DNA of 64,000 nucleotides, from the NCBI GenBank assembly GCA_018658715.1, contig JABHUQ010000034.1, positions 22,230 to 86,229 of the forward strand, given 5' to 3'. Below the pieces are notes generated by a model, which saw only the letters and a program-made list of their open reading frames with translations, was not told the origin of the DNA and did not search any database. A program made the position numbers and the translations under genes. Positions 42,331 through 52,800 of this stretch are shown piece after piece; within the stretch, counting starts at the first letter, position 1; every line of letters begins with the position of its first letter. This DNA is from Fidelibacterota bacterium (GTDB taxonomy: Bacteria > Fidelibacterota > Marinisomatia > Marinisomatales > UBA1611).

Positions 42331-43953
42331 ATGGGTCAATTAACATCATCCCATATATGGGCAAAACTAAAATCACACCAAAAAGATATAGTTGAAAAAT
42401 CGGCTCATAATCTATTTAATAATGCATCTCGATTCGAAAAATTTTCAATTATAAATGATGATTTCCTTTTTGATTATAGTAAAAATATAATTGATGAATC
42501 ATCCATGTCTTTGCTATTCGAATTAGCAGAGCAGTCTGATTTAAAAGCAGCCCAAAAGTCCATGTTGCAGGGAGAACCCATTAATTGGACTGAAAATAGA
42601 TCCGTGCTTCATACATCATTAAGGGATAAATCTAACAATAATATTCATGTTAATAGTGATGATGTTAAAGTTCATATTGAGAATGTATTGAAGAAAATGA
42701 AATACTTTTCTGAACAAGTACGTTCTGGGCATTGGACTGGTTATACAAATAAACCCATTAAAACTGTCGTAAATATTGGGATCGGAGGTTCTGACCTTGG
42801 CCCAAAAATGGTTGTAAATGCCTTAAAATACTATGCAGATGGCCCAGATATTTTATTTGTAAGTAATGTAGATGGAACTGATATTTTTGAAACATTGCAG
42901 TCCATTGATCCTGCAACAACTCTTTTCCTCATAGCTTCTAAAACATTTACCACCCAGGAAACAATGACAAATGCTTACACTGCGAGGGATTGGATAATTA
43001 ACTCATTTGATGAAAAAGCAGTTAAAAATCATTTTGTTGCTCTTTCAACCAGCACACAGAAAGTAAAAGAATTTGGCATTGATACCAATAATATTTTTGA
43101 ATTTTGGGACTTTATTGGTGGCCGATATTCTACTTGGTCAGCGATTGGAATGCCCATTGCTCTTTCAATTGGATTTGAAAATTTTGATGAATTTCTTAGG
43201 GGTGGATATGAGATGGATTGTCATTTTTTCAATACACCTTTTGAAGAGAACATTCCTGTCATTATGGGATTATTAGGCATCTGGTATAATAATTTCTTCA
43301 ATGCTGAAAGTCATGCGATACTACCCTATGATCAATATTTAAAATATTTTTCAGCACATCTGCAACAAGTGGATATGGAAAGTAATGGTAAATACATTGA
43401 TAAAGATGGTAATAAAGTAGATTATCAGACAGGGCCTGTGATCTGGGGAGAGCCCGGCACAAATGGGCAACATGCTTTTTACCAGCTAATCCATCAAGGG
43501 ACTAAATTTATACCAGCAGATTTTATTGGGTTTAAAAAACCATTACACCCCCATGAAGATCATCATCATAAACTCATGTCAAATTATTTTGCCCAAACAA
43601 AAGCCTTATTTTTCGGATTGGATAAGGATGATGTTATCAGTCAATTGGAATCAGATGGTTTAAGCCAAGATGAAGTTGATCAATTAGCGCCGCATAAAGT
43701 TTTTGAAGGTCAGCGGCCTACGAATTCCATATTGATTGAAAAATTGACGCCCAATAGTCTTGGGAGATTATTGGCGCTTTATGAACATAAAATATTTGTC
43801 CAGGGAGTCATTTGGAGAATCAATAGCTTTGATCAATGGGGGGTTGAATTAGGGAAAAAACTCGCTAACCAAATATTGCCGGAAATTGAATCCCAAAAAG
43901 TTGGTTCACATGATTCTTCAACAGAAGGTTTGTTGAACCATTTCCTAAAATAA
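42331..43953 (+). CDS. pgi: Glucose-6-phosphate isomerase
   Basis: [48 protein letters not shown]. The ORF opens at GTG 42325. Confidence 0.93.
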   Translation: MGQLTSSHIWAKLKSHQKDIVEKSAHNLFNNASRFEKFSIINDDFLFDYSKNIIDESSMSLLFELAEQSDLKAAQKSMLQGEPINWTENRSVLHTSLRDKSNNNIHVNSDDVKVHIENVLKKMKYFSEQVRSGHWTGYTNKPIKTVVNIGIGGSDLGPKMVVNALKYYADGPDILFVSNVDGTDIFETLQSIDPATTLFLIASKTFTTQETMTNAYTARDWIINSFDEKAVKNHFVALSTSTQKVKEFGIDTNNIFEFWDFIGGRYSTWSAIGMPIALSIGFENFDEFLRGGYEMDCHFFNTPFEENIPVIMGLLGIWYNNFFNAESHAILPYDQYLKYFSAHLQQVDMESNGKYIDKDGNKVDYQTGPVIWGEPGTNGQHAFYQLIHQGTKFIPADFIGFKKPLHPHEDHHHKLMSNYFAQTKALFFGLDKDDVISQLESDGLSQDEVDQLAPHKVFEGQRPTNSILIEKLTPNSLGRLLALYEHKIFVQGVIWRINSFDQWGVELGKKLANQILPEIESQKVGSHDSSTEGLLNHFLK

Positions 43954-44022
43954 TAAATCAATTTTATTTTTGGCTTTTCTGTCCAAAGTTATTGCCATTA
44001 GTGATACTGAGCCTCATTACAT

Positions 44023-45768
44023 TCAAATGGACTCCAGTACATCCTTTAAACTATTTGCCAGTTCTTTTTCTACGTATGGTTGAGAGTCAAGAAACTGATT
44101 TATGGTTTGTTCATTGATCGCAATTGCTTCATTTATTTTTTCTTTGGCTAATTTTTTATCACCTTTTTTAGCATAGGTAGCTGCTAAATAAAATATATGC
44201 CAGTTTAACACTTTTATTGTTTTAAAACTTTCAATTGCTTCGTCATAATTCCCTAACCAATAGTGGCAAAAAGCTAATGGACCAAATAACATATCATGAG
44301 AAAATGGGTCAAGCCTTTTAGCTCGTTCTAATTCTGCTAATGATTTTTCAAATTCGCCAAAATAAATCAACATTTGAGCGTACCGAGAAATAATAAAAAC
44401 ATCACTGGGGCATAATTCTACAGATTTTTCAAAATGGTATTTTCCTAACGTATAATCATGCTCCAAATAAAATTTAATGGAACCCATTATTCGATGGATT
44501 TCTGGTTCGGATGGGTCTAACTCTAGCGCTCTATTAGCCGCTTTAAGGCACCTATCTAATAAATCAGAATCATCTTCATCTTCCCAATCCATTAAGTTTG
44601 CTAAACTACAAGCCTGCCAAGCATGAGCCCGTCCATAATTAGGATCAACATTAATAGCTTGTTCAAAAAGTTTTACGGCAGCTTCTGAGTTTTCCTTAAA
44701 TATGTTCCCATTTTTAGCATATTCTAACCCCTTTAACACCAGGTCATAAGAATTCATATTTTCTGGTCTCTTTGACTTAATTGATTTAAGCAAATCATCT
44801 TCCACTCTACCAACAATTGTAGATACAATTTCTTCAGCTATTTGGTCTTGTACATCAAAAACTTCTTCCACCGATAAATCAAAAGAATTAGACCAAACAG
44901 AAGTTTCATTTTTGGTAGAAACTAAATTTGCACTGATACGCATTTTTGATCCCAGTTTTCTCACACTACCATGTATAATATATCTAACGCCAAGTTCTTT
45001 CCCTATTTCCTTAAAACTCTTGGATTTTTCTTTATAAGAAAAACTTGCGTGGCTAGACATAACAACCAATTTATTATAACGAGAAAGCATGGATAATAGA
45101 TCTTCTGAAAATCCCTCACAGAAGTAATCCTGTTCTTCATCTTTACTAAGATTTTTAAAAAACATGACGGCTACAGAACCCGGTTCTGCTGCTTTTACTT
45201 CTGTATAAATTTTTTCGGAATCTTGTGTGAACCTTACTATTCCTTTATTTTCAATAACGTGAAATGCCTTGATAGGAACTTCTATATTTTTCAATTCTAA
45301 TTCACCTGCATCTTCAAAGGAAACCAAAATTTTCCGATTTATCATATCGAATACAGTTTTTGATACGCAAATACCTGAAGGCCGAGCTGACGCTTCTAAT
45401 CGAGCCGCAATATTGACCGTATCTCCAAATAAATTATCATCAGAAATCATTACATCTCCAATATTGATTCCAACCCGAAATGTCATTTGATCTGATTCAT
45501 CTTTATCCACATTCATTGTTTTCATTTTTTGTTGAATTGCAATAGCGGCTTCCGCTGCTTTAATAGGACTTGCAAATTCAGCTATAACGCTATCTCCTGC
45601 GCTCCCAAAAATGACACCATCATGATCATCTATAATTGAATCAATTGCTTCCCGGCGTTCTTTTAAAATGTTCAGCGTTTTGACTTCATTGTCGCCCATC
45701 ATTTTACTGAACCCTACAACATCTGAAGCAAAAATAGTGGTTAGTTTTCTTTCCATACTCTTCCTCAA
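44023..45768 (-). CDS. Class III adenylate/guanylate cyclase domain protein with a TolB-N-like middle region and C-terminal TPR repeats
   Basis: LTTIFASDVVGFSKMM, GSAGDSVIAEF, FRVGINIGDV, FGDTVNIAARLEA. The C-terminal third has TPR-like A/Y/L periodicity. Confidence 0.8.
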   Translation of the reverse strand: MRKSMERKLTTIFASDVVGFSKMMGDNEVKTLNILKERREAIDSIIDDHDGVIFGSAGDSVIAEFASPIKAAEAAIAIQQKMKTMNVDKDESDQMTFRVGINIGDVMISDDNLFGDTVNIAARLEASARPSGICVSKTVFDMINRKILVSFEDAGELELKNIEVPIKAFHVIENKGIVRFTQDSEKIYTEVKAAEPGSVAVMFFKNLSKDEEQDYFCEGFSEDLLSMLSRYNKLVVMSSHASFSYKEKSKSFKEIGKELGVRYIIHGSVRKLGSKMRISANLVSTKNETSVWSNSFDLSVEEVFDVQDQIAEEIVSTIVGRVEDDLLKSIKSKRPENMNSYDLVLKGLEYAKNGNIFKENSEAAVKLFEQAINVDPNYGRAHAWQACSLANLMDWEDEDDSDLLDRCLKAANRALELDPSEPEIHRIMGSIKFYLEHDYTLGKYHFEKSVELCPSDVFIISRYAQMLIYFGEFEKSLAELERAKRLDPFSHDMLFGPLAFCHYWLGNYDEAIESFKTIKVLNWHIFYLAATYAKKGDKKLAKEKINEAIAINEQTINQFLDSQPYVEKELANSLKDVLESI

Positions 45769-45840
45769 TAATGACTAATATGAGTAGTACCTATTTACTC
45801 TAGTATTTCTATCCAATTATAATAGATAGTAGAATTTAAA

Positions 45841-46515
45841 TCAAATTAATCCATGGTCTGCAAATGAATACACATCATTCCCAGCAATAATAAGATGGTC
45901 ATGGACAGAAACATCAATGGCAAGAGCTGCTTCCTTTAATTTTTTTGTAATGGAAATATCATCTTGGCTTGGGTTTGGGTTGCCACTAGGGTGATTATGA
46001 ACAAAAACCAATGCAGCTGCATTATTATTTAAAGCATGTTTTACAACTTCACGCGGATAAACAGCTGATGTGTTGAGTGTCCCCTTAAATAGTTCATCCA
46101 TTTTAATAATTTGATTCCGACCATTGAGGTAAATAACCATAAATAGTTCTTTATTTTTATCTCTCAAATTATGCTGTAGGTATTCAATAATATCATTGGA
46201 AGATTGGGCATAATCCTTATCAATAATTCTATCAGATAAATACCTGCGAGCTACATCTTGTGATAATTTCAAACCAAATACATTTTTGTCACCAATACCT
46301 TTAATTATTTTTAAATCTTTAGGGTCTGCCTCCAAAACAGCCTTAAGTGATCCAAACTTTTTTAAAACATCTTTGGCAGGTTGTTTACAATCAGAGCGGG
46401 GGGTACCCAAAGTTAAAAGTAATTCAATGATTTCATAATCATGAAATCCATCTAGACCGCTTTTTAGAAATTTATCCCGGAGACGTTGTCGGTGACCTTT
46501 ATTGGCGTTATCCAC
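45841..46515 (-). CDS. radC: RadC-family JAB-domain protein
   Basis: HRQRLR N-terminus, HhH region, and JAMM motif VHNHPSGNPNPSQDD. Confidence 0.9.
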   Translation of the reverse strand: MDNANKGHRQRLRDKFLKSGLDGFHDYEIIELLLTLGTPRSDCKQPAKDVLKKFGSLKAVLEADPKDLKIIKGIGDKNVFGLKLSQDVARRYLSDRIIDKDYAQSSNDIIEYLQHNLRDKNKELFMVIYLNGRNQIIKMDELFKGTLNTSAVYPREVVKHALNNNAAALVFVHNHPSGNPNPSQDDISITKKLKEAALAIDVSVHDHLIIAGNDVYSFADHGLI

Positions 46516-46570
46516 ACTAATTATAAAATTGAATTAATAGTTGACTGTGCATACTATTGACGTGGATGAA

Positions 46571-47533
46571 TTATGGTTTTAGACTTTCCAACTTCTCTCT
46601 GAATTCCCGAAGTTCACGAATATTGCCAATTTCAATTTCTCCTGATTCCCATTTTAGTTTGAAATCAAATTCTGAATCAGATCCGCCTTGTTTTTGGTAT
46701 AAAGGATAAAGATCATTATCATTTCTTGGCTTCCCTTTATGGAGAGTGGCAGTAATTTGATAAGCAATATCTTCAAAAATATCATCAATCACTCTTGGTG
46801 GAAGTTGTTTTTCCAATAATCCTTGCTCCACTCTAGAAAAACGCATGCCATGAACTACATAATCTTGATATGCTTCCCATGCGAATGGTGCTTTTTCTTT
46901 TACATAATGAGCCATAGCGTCTGAAAATACTCGTATTTCATATTGGGCATGTCCATCTGAGCGCAACCCAATAAAATGTAAAAGATTGTGTAAATCATTT
47001 TTCCAATACCATTCAGTATAAATATTCACAGGCAATAAGGATCTAGCTAATTCTCGTGCAACGCCCGCTTCATTCAATTCTTGGTATAAAGCAAAACTTC
47101 TCTCTGAGTTTTTTTTAAAATAATCGAATACTTTTTGTTTCAATTCTACTGGAACTTCCCCAGATCTCCCTTGTTTATTCAATGCGCTTTGGAATTGAAT
47201 ATGTTCAGGTTCGGGCATGTAAAATTCATCTCGAGCTTCAGAATATCTTAAAGAATATTCATTAATATTAGCTGTTCTATGGCGGACCCATTGTCGGGCG
47301 ACAAAAATTGGCATTTTGCAATGGAATTTGAATTCCACCATTTCAAAAGGGGTCGTATGGCGGTGTCGCATAAGGTAGCGAATTAATCCGCGATCTTGAG
47401 ATACTTTACTCGTCCCCTGTCCATAACTCACACGAGCAGCTTGAACAATAGCATCATCGCCACCCATTGAATCCACAAGCCGGACAAATCCTTTATCTAA
47501 ACATTTTATGGCATCTTCTGGTAATCGAATCAT
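46571..47533 (-). CDS. thyX: FAD-dependent thymidylate synthase ThyX
   Basis: ThyX motif RHRTANINEYSLRYS (RHRxxSxxxxSxR) and HTTPFEMV. 320 aa. Confidence 0.9.
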   Translation of the reverse strand: MIRLPEDAIKCLDKGFVRLVDSMGGDDAIVQAARVSYGQGTSKVSQDRGLIRYLMRHRHTTPFEMVEFKFHCKMPIFVARQWVRHRTANINEYSLRYSEARDEFYMPEPEHIQFQSALNKQGRSGEVPVELKQKVFDYFKKNSERSFALYQELNEAGVARELARSLLPVNIYTEWYWKNDLHNLLHFIGLRSDGHAQYEIRVFSDAMAHYVKEKAPFAWEAYQDYVVHGMRFSRVEQGLLEKQLPPRVIDDIFEDIAYQITATLHKGKPRNDNDLYPLYQKQGGSDSEFDFKLKWESGEIEIGNIRELREFREKLESLKP

Positions 47534-47602
47534 TTTTTCTCCACACCGCAGGGTACGCGAAGTATACTACAGCTATATCTATCATTAATTATTTTTTGCG
47601 CT

Positions 47603-48379
47603 CTAAGCAGTAAGAATATTATGTGTTTTATTCACAGCATCAATTTCACCTGCAATTAAGCCTGGCGTAATCAATGTATTTTCTTGATTATAAATTCTTT
47701 GTTTTCCATTTAAATCAATTAATTTGCCACCAGCCTCATTGATTATACAATTTCCAGCGCAAATGTCCCATTCGTTTTTTGGCCGCAGTGAAGCAAATAT
47801 ATCCGCTAGCCCAGCAGCCGTTAATCCTAACTTATAAGCAACAGAACCGATAGCTTTTAATTCACCAAATGTTTTATCAAAAGGCTCCCAAAGACCACGG
47901 CGTGTTTCGGATCGACTATTCAAAATAACCATTTCATTAACATTTTCTTTTGTAATACACTGAATTGGTTTACCATCTAGAAAAGCACCATCTCCATCAG
48001 ATGCTGTGAATGTTTCTTTTGTCACCGGATTAAATAAAACACCTACAATGGGTTTTCCATTTTCTACTAGAGCTACGCTCACAACAAAATTGGGAACACC
48101 TTCAACAAATTCTTTTGTCCCGTCCAAAGGATCCACAACCCAAACTCTTTCTTTATTCAAGCGATCGGGAGAATCAACCGTTTCTTCTGAAAGCCATCCA
48201 TATTCTGGACGTGCTTCCATGAGTGTTTTTTTCAAATAGGAGTCCGCTGCAAAGTCAGCTGTTGTAACGGGGTTATGATAACCCTTATCTTTAATTTCAT
48301 AATCCGCTTTATAATAATTTAGAATTAATGATCCTGCTTCTTTCGCGGCATGGATTGCAATATTTAGGTTTGAATTCAT
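47603..48379 (-). CDS. Inositol monophosphatase / CysQ-family phosphatase
   Basis: WLSEE, WVVDPLDGTKEF, WDICAG motifs. 258 aa. Confidence 0.85.
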   Translation of the reverse strand: MNSNLNIAIHAAKEAGSLILNYYKADYEIKDKGYHNPVTTADFAADSYLKKTLMEARPEYGWLSEETVDSPDRLNKERVWVVDPLDGTKEFVEGVPNFVVSVALVENGKPIVGVLFNPVTKETFTASDGDGAFLDGKPIQCITKENVNEMVILNSRSETRRGLWEPFDKTFGELKAIGSVAYKLGLTAAGLADIFASLRPKNEWDICAGNCIINEAGGKLIDLNGKQRIYNQENTLITPGLIAGEIDAVNKTHNILTA

Positions 48380-48504
48380 AGCACGGAAATTATATCCAAT
48401 TGACCATGAATCGAAGTATCCATCTCGAAATAATTGATAAAATTTTGTAAATCACATTTAGAACATCGAATTATTTTACATAATCAACGAACGATTATTT
48501 TTCA

Positions 48505-49131
48505 TTAATTAAGATTTTTAAAAATAATTAATTTTTCTCGATCTTTTCTTGGAGATATGGATAAAGTAGGCCATTCTTCTTTTTCGATTTCCCAACCAGA
48601 ATTAAAGAGAGATTTAACTTCTTCAAGGCTTGTTGCCCAAGGCGGACCCCCTTCTTCTATTGTTTTATCTAAAGGAAACCAAAGTCCAATTAACTGACCT
48701 CCGGGTTTTAAAATTGATTGAACAACATGTGCGTAATCTTCTCTTTGAATTAGCGGTATGGCACAAAAACACGTTTGTTCTATAACATAGTCGAATGTGT
48801 TATTATACTCGGGTAACATGGAAAAAAGATCAATTTGAATTGTATCAATTTTCACATTGGCTTTTGTTGCCAATTCATTCACAGCTTTAATGGCAGAAGG
48901 AGCAAAATCTACTGCAGTTACATGAAATCCTTTTTTGGCAAACATGATTGCATCATGTCCAAGACCACACCCCACAATACAGATTTCCCCCGGACTTATT
49001 TCTTCTGAAATTTGGCAAAATATAGGTGTGGGGCCACCCAGATCCCAACCAAGACTATCCTCCAAATATTTGGCTTCCCAAATCTGAGCTTGATCTTCTT
49101 TATATGACATACATTTTTTTTGTATCTTCAT
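48505..49131 (-). CDS. TPMT/HOL-family SAM-dependent methyltransferase (thiol/halide methyltransferase type)
   Basis: WEAKYLEDSLGWDLGGPTP followed by the SAM motif ICIVGCGLGHDAIMFA. An alternative start at Met-8 (49110) is possible. Confidence 0.72.
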   Translation of the reverse strand: MKIQKKCMSYKEDQAQIWEAKYLEDSLGWDLGGPTPIFCQISEEISPGEICIVGCGLGHDAIMFAKKGFHVTAVDFAPSAIKAVNELATKANVKIDTIQIDLFSMLPEYNNTFDYVIEQTCFCAIPLIQREDYAHVVQSILKPGGQLIGLWFPLDKTIEEGGPPWATSLEEVKSLFNSGWEIEKEEWPTLSISPRKDREKLIIFKNLN

Positions 49132-49819
49132 TCACTACATTATTGGCGCAAGATACATAATGAACTAAAGAATTTGGATAAAATTGAATGGATTTAAAAT
49201 ATTCACCATTTTTAAAATGGACTGCAGCACCCCCATCAATCGCCCAACCTGGTCCTGATTCCCCATTCTTTAACATTTCATGAACACTGGGCCTTCGATC
49301 TTTTTCCTCTTGATAATGGGGACATGCCATTTCAGGTAAAAAGCCTAAACATTCCATGGTATTTAAATTGCTCGCCCAAGAATCTGTAATCCCTTCTTCA
49401 AACCAACAAATAGCACCTGCACTTACACCACATAAAATTGTACCCTTATTGTACGCTTTTAATAAAAGTTTATCCAATTTCCATTCGCGCCATACGGCTA
49501 ACATACTTTTTGTATTTCCACCTCCTACATAAATCACATCTGCTTTATTGATAATGCTATCTAATCTTGGTGTTCTTTTGAATAAAGTAACATGACTTGG
49601 TTCACAATTTAATTTTGAAAAACAGGAATAATAATTAACAATATATCCCGCATCTTCTGCGCTGGCTGTTGGGAAAAAAATGATGTTAGGATTTTCTTTT
49701 CTGGTTAAATCTAATATGTATTGTTCAATTTTTTGATGATTTGGATTTCGCCCAAAACCACCCCCGCCAATGGCTACAATATGTTTATCAATTACTGGTG
49801 ATTCAGTTTGTTTATTCAT
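49100..49819 (-). CDS. Peptidase S51 (dipeptidase E / cyanophycinase-like) family protein
   Basis: IIFFPTAS, VIYVGGGNT, nucleophile context CGVSAGAICW. 8-nt overlap with the gltB 3' end. Confidence 0.72.
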   Translation of the reverse strand: MNKQTESPVIDKHIVAIGGGGFGRNPNHQKIEQYILDLTRKENPNIIFFPTASAEDAGYIVNYYSCFSKLNCEPSHVTLFKRTPRLDSIINKADVIYVGGGNTKSMLAVWREWKLDKLLLKAYNKGTILCGVSAGAICWFEEGITDSWASNLNTMECLGFLPEMACPHYQEEKDRRPSVHEMLKNGESGPGWAIDGGAAVHFKNGEYFKSIQFYPNSLVHYVSCANNVVNEDTKKMYVI

Positions 49820-52800
49820 TTAAATAAATCCCTAATCGATCTTTTATTTTTTCATTATAGATTTTTTCAAAATCAATATTTCCCGAAGAGTGGGGTATAA
49901 TTTTATGAAAGTTATTTTTTTCATCTTCCCAATTCTTCAATATTTTTTTAGCAATAGGAGATCGAGTATGATAATCATGATTTCTAATTAATCGTTTTAC
50001 CATTCTTTTATCATTTACGTTTAATGAACCATCCAAAACAAAATCAATATTTAAGGAGGATGCTATTGATTTTCTTTTTGAATAAATAAAAGCAAGCCCT
50101 CCTGTCATACCAGCTCCAAAGTTGATACCAATATCGCCCAAAATAATAATGGTTCCACGAGTCATATATTCACACCCATGATTCCCAATACCTTCAACAA
50201 CTGCTGATGCACCACTATTTCTTACAGCAAAACGCTCCCCGCATCTTCCGGAGACATATAAAGAACCTCCTGTGGCGCCATATAATGCTACATTTCCCAT
50301 TACTGTAAATTCTTTTTTCCTTAATCGTACTTCTTTTGGCATTCGAATCGTTATCCGTCCTCCAGACATACCTTTTCCTACAAAATCATTGGCAATGCCT
50401 TTTAACCTCAACTCCACACCATCTGTTAAAAATGCTCCAAAACTTTGGCCACCAACACCCGACATTAAACATTGCACTTCTCCCTTAAATCCACTTCTAC
50501 CATGAATAAATGTTATTTCACCAGATAATCGTGTTCCCACTGATCTATCTTTATTTTGAATATGTCTACTAATAATAGCATGCCCGTGCGTTAATAAAGC
50601 AGGACGAGCTTCATCAAGAATAGTTTCATCGATCGACTTTTTATGTTGACTCTCGATAAAGTGAATTTTCTTATCACTCTTTAAAGGTAGTCCCTTTTTA
50701 TTACTTTTGTTAAGGATTTTCGATAAATCAATTCCACGTTTATTAATATACTTTCTATAATCTTTATCTATAAATAATAAATCTGTTCGCCCTATAAGCG
50801 ATTGAATTTTTGTAAACCCTAATTGGCTTAATTGATTTTGAATGTCTTCCGCCACATGATTTAAATAGATTTGAACATGTTCCGCCTTTCCTTTGAATTT
50901 TTTCAAAAAGGCTTCATCCTGGGTTGCAATTCCTGCTGGGCATGTGTTAAGATGACATTGTCTCGCCATCACGCATCCAAGAGCCACGAGTAAAGATGTA
51001 CCAAAATCAAACTCTTCTGCTCCAAAAAGTGCAGCCGTTATTATATCTTTTCCTGATTTTAATCCACCATCAACCCGAAGAATGGTTTGGTCCCTTAACT
51101 GATTGTCACATAATGTTTGATGAACTTCTGCCAATCCATATTCCCATGGAAATCCTGTATGCACTAAAGATGTTAATGGGCTCGCACCCGTCCCACCATC
51201 ACCGCCGGAAACGAGGACAATATCTGCACCGGCTTTGACTACACCTGATGCAATAATACCAATCCCAGGTTGAGATACTAATTTCACGGATATTTTAGCT
51301 CGCGGATTGACTTCCTTTAAATCATGAATTAATTGTTTAATATCTTCGATACTATAAATATCATGATGTGGGGGAGGTGATATTAAAGGAATGCCTGGCG
51401 TAGCAAAACGTGCATTCGCAATTTGCAAAGAAACTTTATGTCCGGGTAATTGTCCCCCTTCTCCCGGTTTTGCACCTTGAGCCATTTTAATCTGAATTTC
51501 TTGGCCAGCCGATAAATATTCAGATGATACGCCAAATCGACCACTGGCGACTTGCTTTACAAAAGAATTCGTACTTTTGTCGGGATTGGTTAAACTATAT
51601 CTGTCAACCATTTCACCGCCTTCGCCTGTGTTGCTCCGACCTCCTATAAGATACATTCCGCGAGATAATTCTCTATGTGATTCATCTGAAATGGCTCCAA
51701 ATGAAATGGCTCCAGATCCAAATCTTCTTAAAATATTTTCAAGTGATTCTACTTGTTCGCGGTCTATGGAATTCCTTTTGGACTTTATTTTAAATAGGTC
51801 ACGAATATATACTGGAGCGATATCTTTTGGTTGATTTACATTTTTCTGGCGGATTGCTTGACGAATCCATTTAAAATGCTTTGGAGCAAATCCGTGCAAT
51901 TCTCCATTATTTCTAAATCGATATAACCCTTTTTCTGCAAGCGATGGCTCAGGTGAATCGAATGCTTTTTCATTTCTATTTAATAAGATAGAATGAATAT
52001 CGCTGAAAGTATGACCACCCAAATGACTTTCTAAAGAAGGAAAATGTTTTTGTGCAATTTTTTCATTCAAACCAACAATATTAAATAACATACTCCCCTG
52101 GTAGCTACTTATGGTAGATATACCCATTTTAGACATTATTTTTAATAATCCTTTCTCAAGGGCATATCGGTAATTTGATAAATGCTCAACCCAATCTGCT
52201 TCACGAAAATACTCGCGAATTAATTCATAAGCCATATAGGGGAAAATCGCACTTGCTCCCAAGCCAACCAATACAGCAATATGATGATCTTCTACTACAT
52301 CCCCTGTATAACAGATTATTGATACTTTACTACGTACTTTCTTTTCAACCAAAAAGTGATGGATGCCCGAAACGACAATTGGCATTGGAATCGGTAATAA
52401 ATGCTCTTTCAAATTTTCATCACTGAGGATAATCATTTTAGCGCCTTCATTAACCGCGTTTAGGCATTTATTTCTAATTCGTCCTAGTCGCCCTTCAATA
52501 CTGCTATCTTTTCTATAGTGGCAGAATATTTTTTCCTGGGGAAAGTCATTTTGATAACTTGAAAGTCTATCGCAATCAGATGGAGATAAGATTGGGCTAA
52601 GTGTTCTCATGGCTCCTTTAAACCGAGGATTCCTTTTTAATAAATTTTCTTCACTTCCAATATAATTAAATAATGCCATCACTTTTTGTTCGCGAATAGG
52701 ATCAATTGGCGGATTCGTCACTTGAGCAAACATTTGTTTAAAATGATCATAAAACCTTCGCCCAATTTCAGACATCATTGGCAAGGGAGTATCATCCCCC

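Noticed and set aside
46571-47533. ThyX is 320 aa, with about 90 extra C-terminal residues relative to minimal ThyX proteins
   Set aside because: ThyX proteins of about 300 aa occur in several lineages, to my recollection. The core motif is intact, and this is not strong enough to flag as novel without an alignment.
50272-52426. Plus-strand ORFs of 77-85 aa opposite gltB
   Set aside because: They are antisense to a 1487-aa, fully conserved glutamate synthase frame. The ORFs opposite metH, thrA, asd, thrB, thrC and the ACC carboxyltransferase are treated in the same way.
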